Source: an uncultured Thermodesulfobacteriota bacterium
GTDB taxonomy: Bacteria; Desulfobacterota; B13-G15
Direction of reading: 5' to 3'
Assembly (NCBI GenBank): GCA_964543765.1
Contig: CAZIZI010000001.1
Location: 170,475-234,474, forward strand
Length of the DNA stretch: 64,000 bases
The position numbers were made by a program, and so were the translations under genes. Positions 35,020 through 45,749 of this stretch are shown here, piece after piece. The notes under the pieces are model-generated. The model did not search any database. It was not told where the DNA came from and saw only the letters and a program-made list of their open reading frames with translations. Within the stretch, counting starts at the first letter, position 1, and every line of letters starts with the position of its first letter.

Positions 35020-37345
35020 GGGATAGCAAAGCCCTTTTGAGTATCACCCTTGTTATTTCGATCTTATAAGCGTTTTTGTTAAGAGGAAGGGTTTCTTTTA
35101 CGGCCATTTTGGCTGCTTCTTCTATTACTAGGTCTTCTAGCTTTTTGTCCTCAAGCCAACTTTCAACTTCCCTTACCCTTAGAGGTACCGGAGCTACCCC
35201 TCCAAGAGCGATGCTAATTTTTTTGACCACTTTTTCGTTTATTTCTGCGACAATTCCTACACTTACGATCGGAAAATCGATAGAATTTCTGAGCCTGAAC
35301 TTCATGAATACTTGAGGGAGATTTGCCATTTCCTTGGGTATTAAAATCTCCGTTAAGATCTCATCGGAAGCCAAATTGCCTCGGACGGAAGTAAAAAATT
35401 CCTCTACTGGAATTACCCTTGTCCCATTGGAAGTGATTATTTTCAATTTTGCCCCTAAGGCCATTAGCGCCACCGCCATATCTGAAGGATTTACCGCCAC
35501 ACAGCCGCAGTTGAAACATCGGTCTGCTTCCTTTTGAATTTCTTCGAACTCAAAGGGCTTTTTTTCTTTGAAACTAGTGAGCCTTTCGATCTTTTTGAAA
35601 GCCTTAATATTAACTTTGTGAAGGGTCTTTTTGGAAGAGGAAGGGCTTTCTTGGGCAAATTCTCCCAGAAGGAACCGATTTATTGAAACTACTGCCTTTT
35701 TCGCAGAAGCTATTGATTCAACTACCGTTGAGGGACCACTTACGAAATCTCCTCCTGCGAATAGGTTTTTCCCCAAAAAGTAAGAGGAATCAATCTTTAA
35801 ATTCCCCTTTTCATCAATGAAGTCCGAGGGCAAAAAGGAAAGATCCGCTCTTTCCCCCACTGCCTTTATCACCGCATCGTACTCTTCCTCGAATTCCGAT
35901 CCGTAAATGGGAAGGGGTGTAGGTCTACCTGATTCATCCTTAGGCCCAAGGCGCATTCTAACGGAGCGAAGGATCAATTTTTCTCCTTTTTTCTCAAGAC
36001 CTATAGGCTGAGTCAAAAATTCAAATTCTACGCCTTCCTCTTTGGCTAATTCCCTTTCTTCCTTCAAAGCCGGCATTTCGTTCTCCGTTCGACGGTAGAG
36101 GATTTTGGGTTTTGCCTTAAGTCTTAAAAGACTTCTTGCTACATCTATAGCCACGTTCCCACCGCCTATTACCGCTACCTTCTTCCACTTAAACTCTTTT
36201 TGATCCAAATTAATGCTTCTCAAAAAATTCAAACCGCTTAATGCCAACTCTTCACCTGGAATGCCCATTTCCCTTTCCTTCCAAGCCCCTATGGCCAAAA
36301 GCACAGCATCATATTGAGCACATAGATCCTCTAAAGTCATGTCCTTGCCCAAATGGACGTTGAATTTAAACCCGATTCCCAAAGCCTTCTTAAAGGCTTC
36401 AACCACTTTGTTTACGATCCTCTTATTGAGCCTAAATGGAGGTATCCCATATCTTAAAAGTCCACCTGCTTCGCTTTCCCTTTCAAAAATTACTACATCG
36501 TGTCCGCTTTTTCTCAAGTAATAAGCGGCGGTAAGTCCCGCCGGCCCGGATCCAACTATTGCCACTTTTTTCCCCGTTTTCTTATCGGGTAAAGAGAGAA
36601 GCTTGGGCAGGTTCTCAAGAATATAATCTCCCAAAAACCTTTCCACTTCCCTTATCGCCACAGGTTCATCGAATTCTTTTCTGGAGCATCTATCCTCACA
36701 AAAACGAGGGCAAATGCGGCCGGTTATAGAAGAAAGGGGATTAATCTCAAGAAGCATCCTAGCTGCTTCGTCGTTTTTCCCTTCTCTTAAGTTTTCCAAA
36801 ATGGAAGATATGTCAGTGTGAACTGGACAGGCATCCCAACAAGAGGTAGGACGATTCGTATGTTTATAGCATCCAAAAATCGAATGGTAATGGTTTTCTC
36901 CAGTTAGAGCGTAACAAGTATCCCCACCCTTTAGATAACAAGTCAAACGACCCCCTATCTGATGGGGATACCAAAAATACCAACATCGTACCTCCTGACA
37001 CAGATTACCCCCGATTGTGCCCATATTCCTTATTTGAGGCGTTCCTACTGAAGAGGCCGCTTCTTTAAGCAGAGGATATTTTTCAAGCTTCCCAGATCTT
37101 ACGATTTCCTCCAATTTCGTTAAGGCCCCTATCTTGATCGCCTCTTCATCTTCTTCGATTAAGGATAATCCCGGTATCTCCTTAAGGTTTATCAAAGCCT
37201 TTGGGTATTCCGGATAAATGTCCTTTTTTAAGGCAGGGATTAAAACTGTGCCGCCTGCTATAAGTTTCGCCTTTCCATTATACTTTTTTAACAAACTAAT
37301 TGCTTCTTCCAATGTATGAGGGGTGAAATGCTCAAATGGCTTCAT
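35006..37345 (-). CDS. xanthine-dehydrogenase-family medium (FAD) subunit with an inserted GltD-like NAD(P)H-dependent FeS flavoprotein module
   Basis: N-terminal CoxM/XdhB FAD-binding domain (KLIAGGTVLIPAL); then GltD/NfnB-like segment (ITGRICPRFCEDRCSR; KKVAIVGSGPAGLTAAYYL; second Rossmann VAVIGGGNVAIDVAR); then CO-dehydrogenase-flavoprotein C-terminal domain; 779 aa versus ~290 aa for a plain CoxM. Confidence 0.7.
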   Translation of the reverse strand: MKPFEHFTPHTLEEAISLLKKYNGKAKLIAGGTVLIPALKKDIYPEYPKALINLKEIPGLSLIEEDEEAIKIGALTKLEEIVRSGKLEKYPLLKEAASSVGTPQIRNMGTIGGNLCQEVRCWYFWYPHQIGGRLTCYLKGGDTCYALTGENHYHSIFGCYKHTNRPTSCWDACPVHTDISSILENLREGKNDEAARMLLEINPLSSITGRICPRFCEDRCSRKEFDEPVAIREVERFLGDYILENLPKLLSLPDKKTGKKVAIVGSGPAGLTAAYYLRKSGHDVVIFERESEAGGLLRYGIPPFRLNKRIVNKVVEAFKKALGIGFKFNVHLGKDMTLEDLCAQYDAVLLAIGAWKEREMGIPGEELALSGLNFLRSINLDQKEFKWKKVAVIGGGNVAIDVARSLLRLKAKPKILYRRTENEMPALKEERELAKEEGVEFEFLTQPIGLEKKGEKLILRSVRMRLGPKDESGRPTPLPIYGSEFEEEYDAVIKAVGERADLSFLPSDFIDEKGNLKIDSSYFLGKNLFAGGDFVSGPSTVVESIASAKKAVVSINRFLLGEFAQESPSSSKKTLHKVNIKAFKKIERLTSFKEKKPFEFEEIQKEADRCFNCGCVAVNPSDMAVALMALGAKLKIITSNGTRVIPVEEFFTSVRGNLASDEILTEILIPKEMANLPQVFMKFRLRNSIDFPIVSVGIVAEINEKVVKKISIALGGVAPVPLRVREVESWLEDKKLEDLVIEEAAKMAVKETLPLNKNAYKIEITRVILKRALLSLKAN

Positions 37346-37349
37346 CCTT

Positions 37350-39635
37350 CTAAGCCTCCTTCCGTTTTCCTAAAGCCTCAAGAATTACCCACGGAGAAGC
37401 GGGATAGGCATTGATCCATTTGCCTATAGCATTTGATATCGCCATAAGAACCGCTGGTGGACCAGGAGAGGTGGCTATCTCGCCCACTCCAACGGCTCCA
37501 AAGCGATGGCTAGAGAAGGGCGTCTCCAAGATGACGTTTTTAATCTCGGGTAAGTCCAAAAAGGAACGCCATTTATAATCAATGAGATTGGTCGTTAAAA
37601 TTCGCCCTATCTTGGGATCAAGAACCGTTTCCTCGAATATGGCTGTATCTATTCCGGCGGATCCCAAACAACCGTTGAGTTGGTTTTCCAAACACAAGGG
37701 GTCTATTATCTGTCCCGCATCGGTGGCATTGACGACCCTTATAAGGTCGACCTTCCCCGTTTCGGTATCCACCTCCACTTCTACGAAACTTATCATGAAG
37801 TTGCAAAGACTATAATCGGGTTCATAATGCCCGTATCCCCATATGGTGTAAGTTGGGCCCATGGCCCTTCTCCAGGTGATTTGCCTTTTGGGGTCGTCTT
37901 TTACGTAAATTATCCCATCCGAGGTCTCAAGCCTTTCAGGAAGTACACCTAATTTTTTGGAAGCCCGTTCGAATAACTTCCTCTTTGCGTCTTCAGCGGC
38001 CTCTATAACCGCACTTCCTATGGCATAAGTACCTCGGGATCCCACCAGTCCGAATTCATAAGGGTTTGTATCGGAATCAGGTGGAGATAAGAACACGTTT
38101 TCCAAGGGTATCTGAAGGACCTCAGCTACGAATTTACAAAGGTTACTCCTCTGTCCCCCTCCTTGTTCGGGAACTGCCACATAAAGGGTGACCCTATGAT
38201 CGGGGTCTATACGGACAAAGGCTTCGGCATCATCCTCCCCAATATCAGCATTGCTGTGAACCCCGACCCCTACGCCTCTCCTTTTCGGTCCATTTACCAC
38301 GGTTGGTTTAAGCCAGCCCTTCCATTTCTCCTTCCACCCAAAGACTTCGGCTCCTTTGTCGATTGTCTTGGTGAAATCCACCACCCTGGAGATCCACCAA
38401 CGTCCGTCTCTCCAATAATAACCTTGGCCATTCTTGATGACGTTTTTCTTGAAGAACTCAACGGGATCAATGTCAAGTTTCGCCATAGCCATATATAAAA
38501 GGGGCAAAAGCACCGACTTGAGCTCCTGTCCTCCAAACCCTCTTATCCAGCTGGAATTATCCCTATTAGTGCAAATCACCTTGGGTCTCAAATCCCAATT
38601 CTCGCATCTTATGACAAGCTGTACTTCTCCTAAACCTACAGCCACTTGTCCCTGGGTTACTGCTGAATAATACCCGGTATTCACCAGCCAATTACCCGAT
38701 ATGGCCGTGACAGTCCCATCCTTTTTCATACCCACTTTTCCTTTGAGGCGCGTTCCCAAACGGATGGTAAAGCTTGTAAGGTGTTCTTCTTTCGTGTAAC
38801 ACAATTTAACGGGTTGCCCAGCGGCTTTAGCCAACACAATGGCATAAATTGCGATAGGGAGAATAGTCCCTTTTGATCCGTAACTTCCACCGCATTGGCA
38901 GGCATGAACTATCACGTTGTATTTTCTCTGCATTATGTAATAAAGGCTTATTTTGTCCATATAAAACCCTTGAGAAGAAAGCCATACGTGAACCGTCTCT
39001 GGGTCTTCCCAATAGGCTATGGCGCCTGGGGGTTCAGGAGGTAAGGGGTTAGCGATGTTTTCATAATAAAATGTCCCCTCCACCACCACATCCGCTTCTG
39101 AAAAGCCCTTTTCCACATCGCCAAGTCGGAGTTCCTTTAATCCTTCTGGAGCCTCAGGGCTTCCAAACCAGGGGTTCCCTAAGGGTAAGATGTTATTGGG
39201 AAATTCGTCGTAAAGCTGAGGAGCTCCCTCCTTTATGGCCTCTTCTGCGTCAAAAACGGCTGGAAGTATCTCATACTCCACTTCGATTAAGTCCAAAGCC
39301 TCTTGGGCGATTTCTTCCGTTTCAGCGGCTACAAGACTCACCGCATCACCCACAAAGCGTACCTTCTGGTCAAGGACGCGAAGGTGAGGCGGTAAGCCCA
39401 TCTTCCAATCTGGAACGTCCTTATAAGTTAAGACTGCTTTAACACCGGGTAAGCTTTTGGCCTTTTCTACCTTTATCTCCTTTATAATCGCATGGGGATA
39501 AGGGCTTCTTAAAACCTTTCCTATGAGCATATTCGGTAACTTCACATCGTTAATGTAAATGGCCTTCCCCGTGACAATAGATAGGGCGTCCTTCCTCGGG
39601 GTTGGTTGACCTATAAACCTATATTTTTTGGCCAT
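37350..39635 (-). CDS. xanthine-dehydrogenase/aldehyde-oxidase-family molybdopterin-binding large subunit
   Basis: 761 aa, a/b-hammerhead plus MoCo-binding domain architecture typical of CoxL/XdhA/HcrA; sits between the 2Fe-2S and FAD subunits. Confidence 0.8.
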   Translation of the reverse strand: MAKKYRFIGQPTPRKDALSIVTGKAIYINDVKLPNMLIGKVLRSPYPHAIIKEIKVEKAKSLPGVKAVLTYKDVPDWKMGLPPHLRVLDQKVRFVGDAVSLVAAETEEIAQEALDLIEVEYEILPAVFDAEEAIKEGAPQLYDEFPNNILPLGNPWFGSPEAPEGLKELRLGDVEKGFSEADVVVEGTFYYENIANPLPPEPPGAIAYWEDPETVHVWLSSQGFYMDKISLYYIMQRKYNVIVHACQCGGSYGSKGTILPIAIYAIVLAKAAGQPVKLCYTKEEHLTSFTIRLGTRLKGKVGMKKDGTVTAISGNWLVNTGYYSAVTQGQVAVGLGEVQLVIRCENWDLRPKVICTNRDNSSWIRGFGGQELKSVLLPLLYMAMAKLDIDPVEFFKKNVIKNGQGYYWRDGRWWISRVVDFTKTIDKGAEVFGWKEKWKGWLKPTVVNGPKRRGVGVGVHSNADIGEDDAEAFVRIDPDHRVTLYVAVPEQGGGQRSNLCKFVAEVLQIPLENVFLSPPDSDTNPYEFGLVGSRGTYAIGSAVIEAAEDAKRKLFERASKKLGVLPERLETSDGIIYVKDDPKRQITWRRAMGPTYTIWGYGHYEPDYSLCNFMISFVEVEVDTETGKVDLIRVVNATDAGQIIDPLCLENQLNGCLGSAGIDTAIFEETVLDPKIGRILTTNLIDYKWRSFLDLPEIKNVILETPFSSHRFGAVGVGEIATSPGPPAVLMAISNAIGKWINAYPASPWVILEALGKRKEA

Positions 39636-39636
39636 T

Positions 39637-40131
39637 TTAAGTTACCCTCCTTTTTATTACGTCACTTACAGCGTGGAGGACATGATAATGGCTTATACAA
39701 CGACAGAAATGTCCGGAAAGGGCTTCCTTTATCTCTTCCTCCGTTGGTGCTTCCTTTCTATCCAGAAGAGCCTTAAGGCTCATGATTATCCCTGGGGTGC
39801 AAAAACCGCATTGAAAAGCCGTATGGTTTATAAAGCTTTCCTGGAGAGGGTGAAGTTCACCTTTTTCGGGATTACCCAGCCCTTCGATGGTCGTTATGGT
39901 TTTTCCATCGCATTCAATCGTGAGGGTTAAACACGATAAAATCGGTTCTCCATCTATCAATACGGTACAAGCACCACAAGCCCCATGATCGCATCCGACC
40001 TTTGTACCTGTGAGGTTTAGGGTTTCTCTTAACGTGTAAGCCAATGTGTGATGGGGAAATACGTCCTTGTTGAGGAGAAGTTCATAGGACTTTCCATTCA
40101 CATTCAAATTGATGACCTTTCGTTCCTTCAT
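39637..40131 (-). CDS. [2Fe-2S]-binding small subunit of the xanthine-dehydrogenase-family enzyme
   Basis: GCDHGACGACTVLIDG...SC (plant-type ferredoxin cluster) and QCGFCTPG (second cluster) motifs; 164 aa. Confidence 0.9.
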   Translation of the reverse strand: MKERKVINLNVNGKSYELLLNKDVFPHHTLAYTLRETLNLTGTKVGCDHGACGACTVLIDGEPILSCLTLTIECDGKTITTIEGLGNPEKGELHPLQESFINHTAFQCGFCTPGIIMSLKALLDRKEAPTEEEIKEALSGHFCRCISHYHVLHAVSDVIKRRVT

Positions 40132-40224
40132 ATATTGACTCTCCTCAATTTTTCAACCACGATTAAGTTATAGCACAAGAAATAATTTATTGAAATTACG
40201 GTACAGGTATATAATTTATACCTA

Positions 40225-42853
40225 ATGGGGTTGAACGAGGCTGATACAAGGGCTATTCTCGTTGAACACAAGCTCAAAGCTGCTGGTTGGACAGATCAAC
40301 AAGTTAGAAGGGAGTTTTTCTATCACCGTGATCATCAGTATACTCCAGGGCGCATAATATTAGTAGGTGATAGAGTCAAACGAGGAAAACCCCGAAAGGT
40401 GGATTATCTTCTACACCTGACTGATGGTTTTGAGATAGCTGTAATAGAAGCGGAACCCGAGGATAGTCCGGCAGAAGCCGGCTTAGAGCAAGCAAAGACT
40501 TATGCCAAAGATTTAGGATTAGCCTTTGCCTATGCTACAAATGGACACAAGATCTTGGAATATGACTTTTTCACTCATACGACAAGAGAACTTGCGAACT
40601 TTCCTCGTCCCGAGAAGCTTTGGTATCGGTGGAAAATAAACACAGGGTTGAGCTCCTTAGAGTTTACCAAGGAGGAACGTTCAGCCTACCTTTCTAAGTT
40701 AGGAGCGGAACGATACCAAAATCCTCTTCTTTATAGCTATTGTTCGGAAAGCCTTTGTGGGAAAAGACCGTTCTATTTTCAGGAAGTGGCGATTCCTGAG
40801 ATTATAAAGCGTATCATGCGCGGACAACGCCGAATTCTTTTAACCATGGCTAAAGGTACTGGAAAGACATTTGTGGCTTTCCAAGTTGTGTGGAAGCTTA
40901 TAAAATCCGGATGGCTTCAAAGGGGGCATCCTAATAAGCCCACACGTGTTTTATTTTTGGCCGATCGGATTGCCCTTCGTGATCAAGCCTATAACACTTT
41001 TGCACCCTTTGCAGACGGAGTAAACGAACCTCGCTTCAAAATTGAAGGACACCCTCCGAGTTTCACGCGTGACCTTTATTTTGCAATTTATCAGACATTA
41101 TGGAGTCCTAATGAAGAAGGAAAGCGCCTTTTTGAGCTTTACCCACCGGACTTTTTTGACCTGGTGATCATCGATGAATGTCACCGTTCAGGTTGGGGGA
41201 CTTGGCGGGAGATACTCGACCACTTCAAGGATGCCATTCACTTGGGAATGACCGCCACCCCAAAGCAGGATGAAAATATCGATACATACGAATACTTCTG
41301 TCAGGAAGAGCCTGAGGTATTTATTGATCCTGAGCATCCCGAAAAAGGAAAGCGCCTTACTGCTGCTTATGAGTACATCTTGGGGCGAGGCATCGAGGAT
41401 GGATTCCTTGCTACGTATAAGGTGCATCGTGTTCGAACCACGGTGGATAAAGAAGGATTGCGTCTTGAGGATGCCATCGAACAATGAGCTGAGGTTTTCA
41501 TCCCTGAGGATGTAGAACCAAGGGGATATTACACCACTCCTCAATTTGAGCGAGAGATTACCCTTCCAGATCGTACAAAAGCCATGGTCAATCACTTAGC
41601 TAAGCTTTTGCGCAAGTTCGGGTTTTGGGAAAAGACCATGGTTTTCTGGGTGGAAATAGAGCATGCTCGACTCGTGGCTAAATTACTGCAGGATGAATTT
41701 GGTCCGGAAACAGGTTTTGATAACTACGCCGTCCTCATCGTTTCTGAAGAGGGTGCGGAACGCCAGGCGATGGCTTGAAGATTTTGTAAATTCAGAGAAA
41801 GGCGCCATTAGTAGCTACCACGGCGGAGCTTCTCACTACCGGTGTAGATGCTCCGCCTTGTGGAAACATCGTGTTCATGAAGACCTTTTCTTCGCCACTT
41901 CTTTTTAAGCAGATCATAGGCCGGGGAAGTTGCATTGACCCGGCTACAAATAAATACTGGTTTCGCATCATAGATTTTACCAGGGTAACAAAACTTTTCG
42001 ATGAGTGGGATCGTTCCGGGCAAAGAATTATCTAGCGGCCTCAAGGCCCCTTTACTGCTTCTATTTCTGGTCGCGTGTTCCATGCGCAAACGGGTGATCT
42101 CATTGTGGGAGCTCAGGTAAGCGTTCGCACAGGACCCAACACCCAGCAAGGTTCCATTCGTACAGACCAAAATGGCTCTTTATTTTTGAGGAGCTACCAG
42201 CCGAAACCGTTACCCTGATTGTCAGTGTTCCGGGTTTTGTGCGACGTGAATTCAAGGTGGGAACCCTTGCAGATCAAACTGTGGAGATCAATGGTTTCCT
42301 AAAACGTGAGAGCAAAAGAAAATCTAAGATAGAAGTTGAAGGGTTAACCGTAGAAATCGCGGATGAAGCGATTTTTATAATGGAGTCAACTGGGCAACAA
42401 CTCACTTTGGAGCAGTACCGAGATTATACTCCTCGAAAGATCATTCAAGTTGCTCCCACAAGAAAAACTTTGCGCCAGATCTGGATAAACCCAGAAAAGC
42501 GCCAGCATTTCTTAGAAGAGCTTCGTCGGTCTGACATTCATCCTGAGGTTTTTAGGGAAATTCTTAACCAAAATGAGGCGGATACGTATGATCTTTTGCC
42601 CCATCTTGCCTTCGGGGCCCCCATTCGTACAAGAAGCGAACGAACCCTAGCGTTCCGAAATCGCGAGCAAGCATTCTTACAGCGCCACAGCGAGAACGCA
42701 CCTCAAGTCGTCCTCGCGCCTTTGGAAAAATACCGCGTGGGGTTGAGGAATTGCAACCGAAGGTGTTCGGCCTTTCCCCATTCCGGGAGTGGGATGAAGC
42801 TTTTTGCATTCAAAATTGGTTTGGTGGTGCGGAAGGGCTCGCCCGAACCTTGA
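40225..42853 (+). pseudogene. hsdR: type I restriction enzyme R subunit (HsdR), disrupted into >=4 fragments
   Basis: N-terminal MGLNEADTRAILVEHKLKAAGW (HsdR N-domain), DEAD-box IIDECHRS, then stop at 41487; continuation in shifted frames (41584-41908) and EcoEI-R-C-like C-terminal domain ORF 42239-42853. Confidence 0.75.
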
Positions 42854-42926
42854 AGAAATCCAGAAGCGCATTTACCCTGAAGAGGAGGTGGTAGTAAGAT
42901 GAACCGGCCACAGACGAAGGGAAACA

Positions 42927-43907
42927 TTGGCCAATGAAATCTGGAGGGCTTGTAACATCCTTCGCCAAGACAACAACTGCACTGGTATTATGGAATACGT
43001 AAAGCATTTATCCTGGCTTCTCTTTCTTCGTTTTCTGGACGCCCAGGAAGAGGAGTGGGAAACTCAGGCCAAGCTTGAACGCAAAGAGTATCAGCCGATC
43101 ATCGAGCCGCCCTACCGTTGGCGGGATTGGGCTACCAGAGACTGGTCTGCGGAGGAGCTCCTTTCTTTTGTTCATGGCCGCCTTATTCCTTACCTCCAAA
43201 ATCTTGGAGATGATCCCGTTCGCGCGATCATCCGCGGAATTTTCGCTGAAAGAAACGTTATCGTCTGTGCCTCCGGCTACAACCTAAAGGACGTTCTTCA
43301 AATCATCAACGGCATCGATTTCTACTCCCAGGATGACATATTCACCGTATTCCAGGTTTACGAGGAGTTACTTCGTCGCTTAGGCAGTGAAAACTGCCTG
43401 GCCGGAGAATTCTATACTCCAAGACCAGTTGTTCGTTTTATTGTGGAAGTTGTGGACCCCAAAATTGGGGAAACCATCTATGACCCAGCCTGCGGAACCT
43501 GCGGCTTTTTGGCCCAAGCTTATTTACACATGCGCAAATACGAGCAAACCATTGAGGATCACAGGATTCTTCAGGAGCAAACATTTTATGGCCAGGAAAA
43601 GAAACTCATTCCAGTCCTTCTTGGTCTCATGAATATGGTCCTTCACAGCGTGACTATACCCCGCATCGCCCGCCGAAATACCTTGGGAGAAAACATCCGC
43701 CATGTTACCGAACATTATGATGTGATTATGACAAATCCCACTTTCGGCGGGACAGAAGGTATACATATTCAGCATCATTTCCCCATCCGGTCTCAGGCTA
43801 CGGAGCTTCTTTTTCTACAGCACATCATGGAAAAGCTAAAACCCAGAGACGGTGCCCGCTGCGGTATGGTCGTGCCCGAAGGAACCCTTCCATTGTGGAG
43901 GAGCTGA
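42927..43907 (+). pseudogene. hsdM: type I R-M DNA methyltransferase subunit (HsdM), truncated (~326 aa of ~500)
   Basis: HsdM N-domain ANEIWRACNILRQD...HLSWLLFLRFLD, AdoMet motif DPACGTCGFL, catalytic NPTFGG (NPPF-type); ends prematurely after MVVPEGTL; upstream start region also out of frame. Confidence 0.65.
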
Positions 43908-43934
43908 ATGAACTCCTCAGCTCCAATGAGAAGG

Positions 43935-44261
43935 AAAAAAACAATGGATGACATTCGGAGCTTAGCAGAGAAAATACGAACGGACCTAAAGGAACGCTAT
44001 GACTCAAAAGTTCTACAGATCATCCTTTATGGCTCGTAAGCGCGCGGTGAGGCCACTTCTGAATCCGACATGGACCTTTTAGTGGTGGTAGACGATTCTT
44101 TGGATCCATGGGAAGTCCGTCGGAATCTGGACGATTTGCTTTTGGACATACTTCTTAGGGATGGCCGTTTGGTTTCCGTTTTAGTGGTGCCAAAAAGCTT
44201 CTATGAAAGCTACCACTCGCCCTTTTTGAAGCAAGTCCACAAGGAGGGAATTCCCCTGTGA
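43935..44261 (+). pseudogene. MNT-type nucleotidyltransferase (antitoxin of HEPN/MNT pair) with in-frame TAA
   Basis: ILYGS*ARGEATSESDMDLLVVVD: the GSxARGx9SDxD NTase motif is interrupted by TAA exactly where a conserved Tyr (TAY) is expected. Confidence 0.7.
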
Positions 44262-44266
44262 AGTAA

Positions 44267-44619
44267 GTGCAAGATTTTGTCGCCAAAGCTGGGCGTTTTC
44301 TCAAAAGTGCGGAACACCTTTTGGCCCTCGGTGACTACGATTCCTGTGCCTCGAGATGTGATTACGCCATGTTTTTATGGCTGAGACAGCCTTAATGGTA
44401 AAGGAGGTTAGCGCATCCTCTCACCGGGGTGTCATAAGCCTTTTTGGTCAGCACTTTATCCGCACGGGAATTTTCTCGGCAGAATTAGGGCGTGCGTTAA
44501 GTCGGGCTTACGATGTGCGCCTTACAGGTGATTATGCGGTTGGTTTAAGCGTGAGCCGTGAGAAGGCGGAAAACCTTCTGGAAGCTGCCCGGCGGTTTGT
44601 CGCCGAAGTGCGGGCCTAG
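44267..44619 (+). pseudogene. HEPN domain protein (toxin partner), frameshifted
   Basis: N-terminal frame AKAGRFLKSAEHLLALGDYDSCASRCDYAMF and C-terminal frame ...SHRGVISLFGQHFIRTGIFSAELGRAL...RLTGDY together form a HEPN domain; frames switch in a ttttta run near 44375. Confidence 0.6.
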
Positions 44620-44642
44620 CTGGAAAGGGAGGCGGAGAACCG

Positions 44643-45703
44643 ATGACCAAGGGACCCTACAAACTTCCTGAAGGCTGGCGGTGGGTGCGGTTGGGGGAGG
44701 TGTGCAATGTTGAGCACCGAACAATAATTTCTCGTTTACAGCCTCCCTGCCTATGATAAAAACCGGTCCCCTGAGCTACTTAAAAGGGGCTGAGACAGGT
44801 AGTTCAAAGTTAGTCATCAAACCTGGGGTTTGCTTATTTTCAAAACTTAATCCAAGGATTCCCCATGCATGGGCTGTAAAAGGAAATCCGTCCGTTCTCA
44901 ATATACCGTTACTTGCCTCCACCGAGTTCATGTCGTTGCGGCTACATTTCCAAAAGCTCAATTTGGACTATCTACGTCCACTTTTGTTATCCGATATTTT
45001 CCTTAACCAAATTCGTACAAACGTTACAGGATGATCAACTGATAGCAGGCAAAAACTAAGACCCGATAGAGTGCTTGATGCTCTTGTTCCCTCCCATCCC
45101 TTGAAGAATAAAAACGCATTGTGGCGCGGATTGAGGAGCTGATGAGAAGAGTGCTGGAGGCGCGGCGCTTAAGGAAAGAAACAACAAAAAAGAAGCCGAC
45201 CACCTCTGGCAAGCCGTCCTCGCCCAAATCTTCCCCCGCCCCGGCTCGAAACTTCCAGAAGGCTGGTGTTGGGTATGGTTGGGAGAAGTTTTTTCGGTTA
45301 AAAAATGGCAAATTCATCCCGGCAAGTGATCTTGCATCCCAAGGCAAAATTCCTGTTTATGGGTCTAATGGATTACTGGGCTTCACAATTGTACACTTGT
45401 TCACGGAAGGAAAGACAATAGTGATGGGCGTGTGGGCGCTTGTGGTGCAATCAATGTAGTTGATGCACCATTTTGGATATCCGATAACGCCATGTTTGGT
45501 GCTAAATGGCTCACTGAGTGTGAGATAGAGTACATTGCCCTGGTGTTGCGCAGTATAGATTTATCCTCATTTGCTAAAAAGGGACACGACCTTCCATTTC
45601 GTAAGAGATGGTTTACAACGCTCTCGTCCCCCTTCCACCCCTTGAAGAGCAGTGCCGGATTGTGGCACACCTTTACGAGGTGCAGAAAAAAACAAGGCCT
45701 TAA
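44643..45703 (+). pseudogene. hsdS: type I R-M specificity subunit (HsdS), multiple frameshifts/stops
   Basis: MTKGPYKLPEGWRWVRLGEVCNV (HsdS start), TRD-like LFSKLNPRIPHAWAV...LNLDYLRPLLLSDIFLNQIR, central RIEELMRRVLEARRLRKE, second LPEGWCWVWLGEV, C-terminal VPLPPLEEQCRIVAHLYEV, all in different frames. Confidence 0.7.
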
Positions 45704-45749
45704 AAGAAGCCCAAGCCCAAACGGAAGCAGAACTTAAAAGAGCTCTCCG

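Noticed and set aside
42564-43007. Minus-strand ORFs 42564..42809, 42677..42871, 42703..42927 and 42810..43007 overlapping the hsdR/hsdM junction
   Set aside because: They are antisense to recognisable HsdR and HsdM sequence and are probably spurious.
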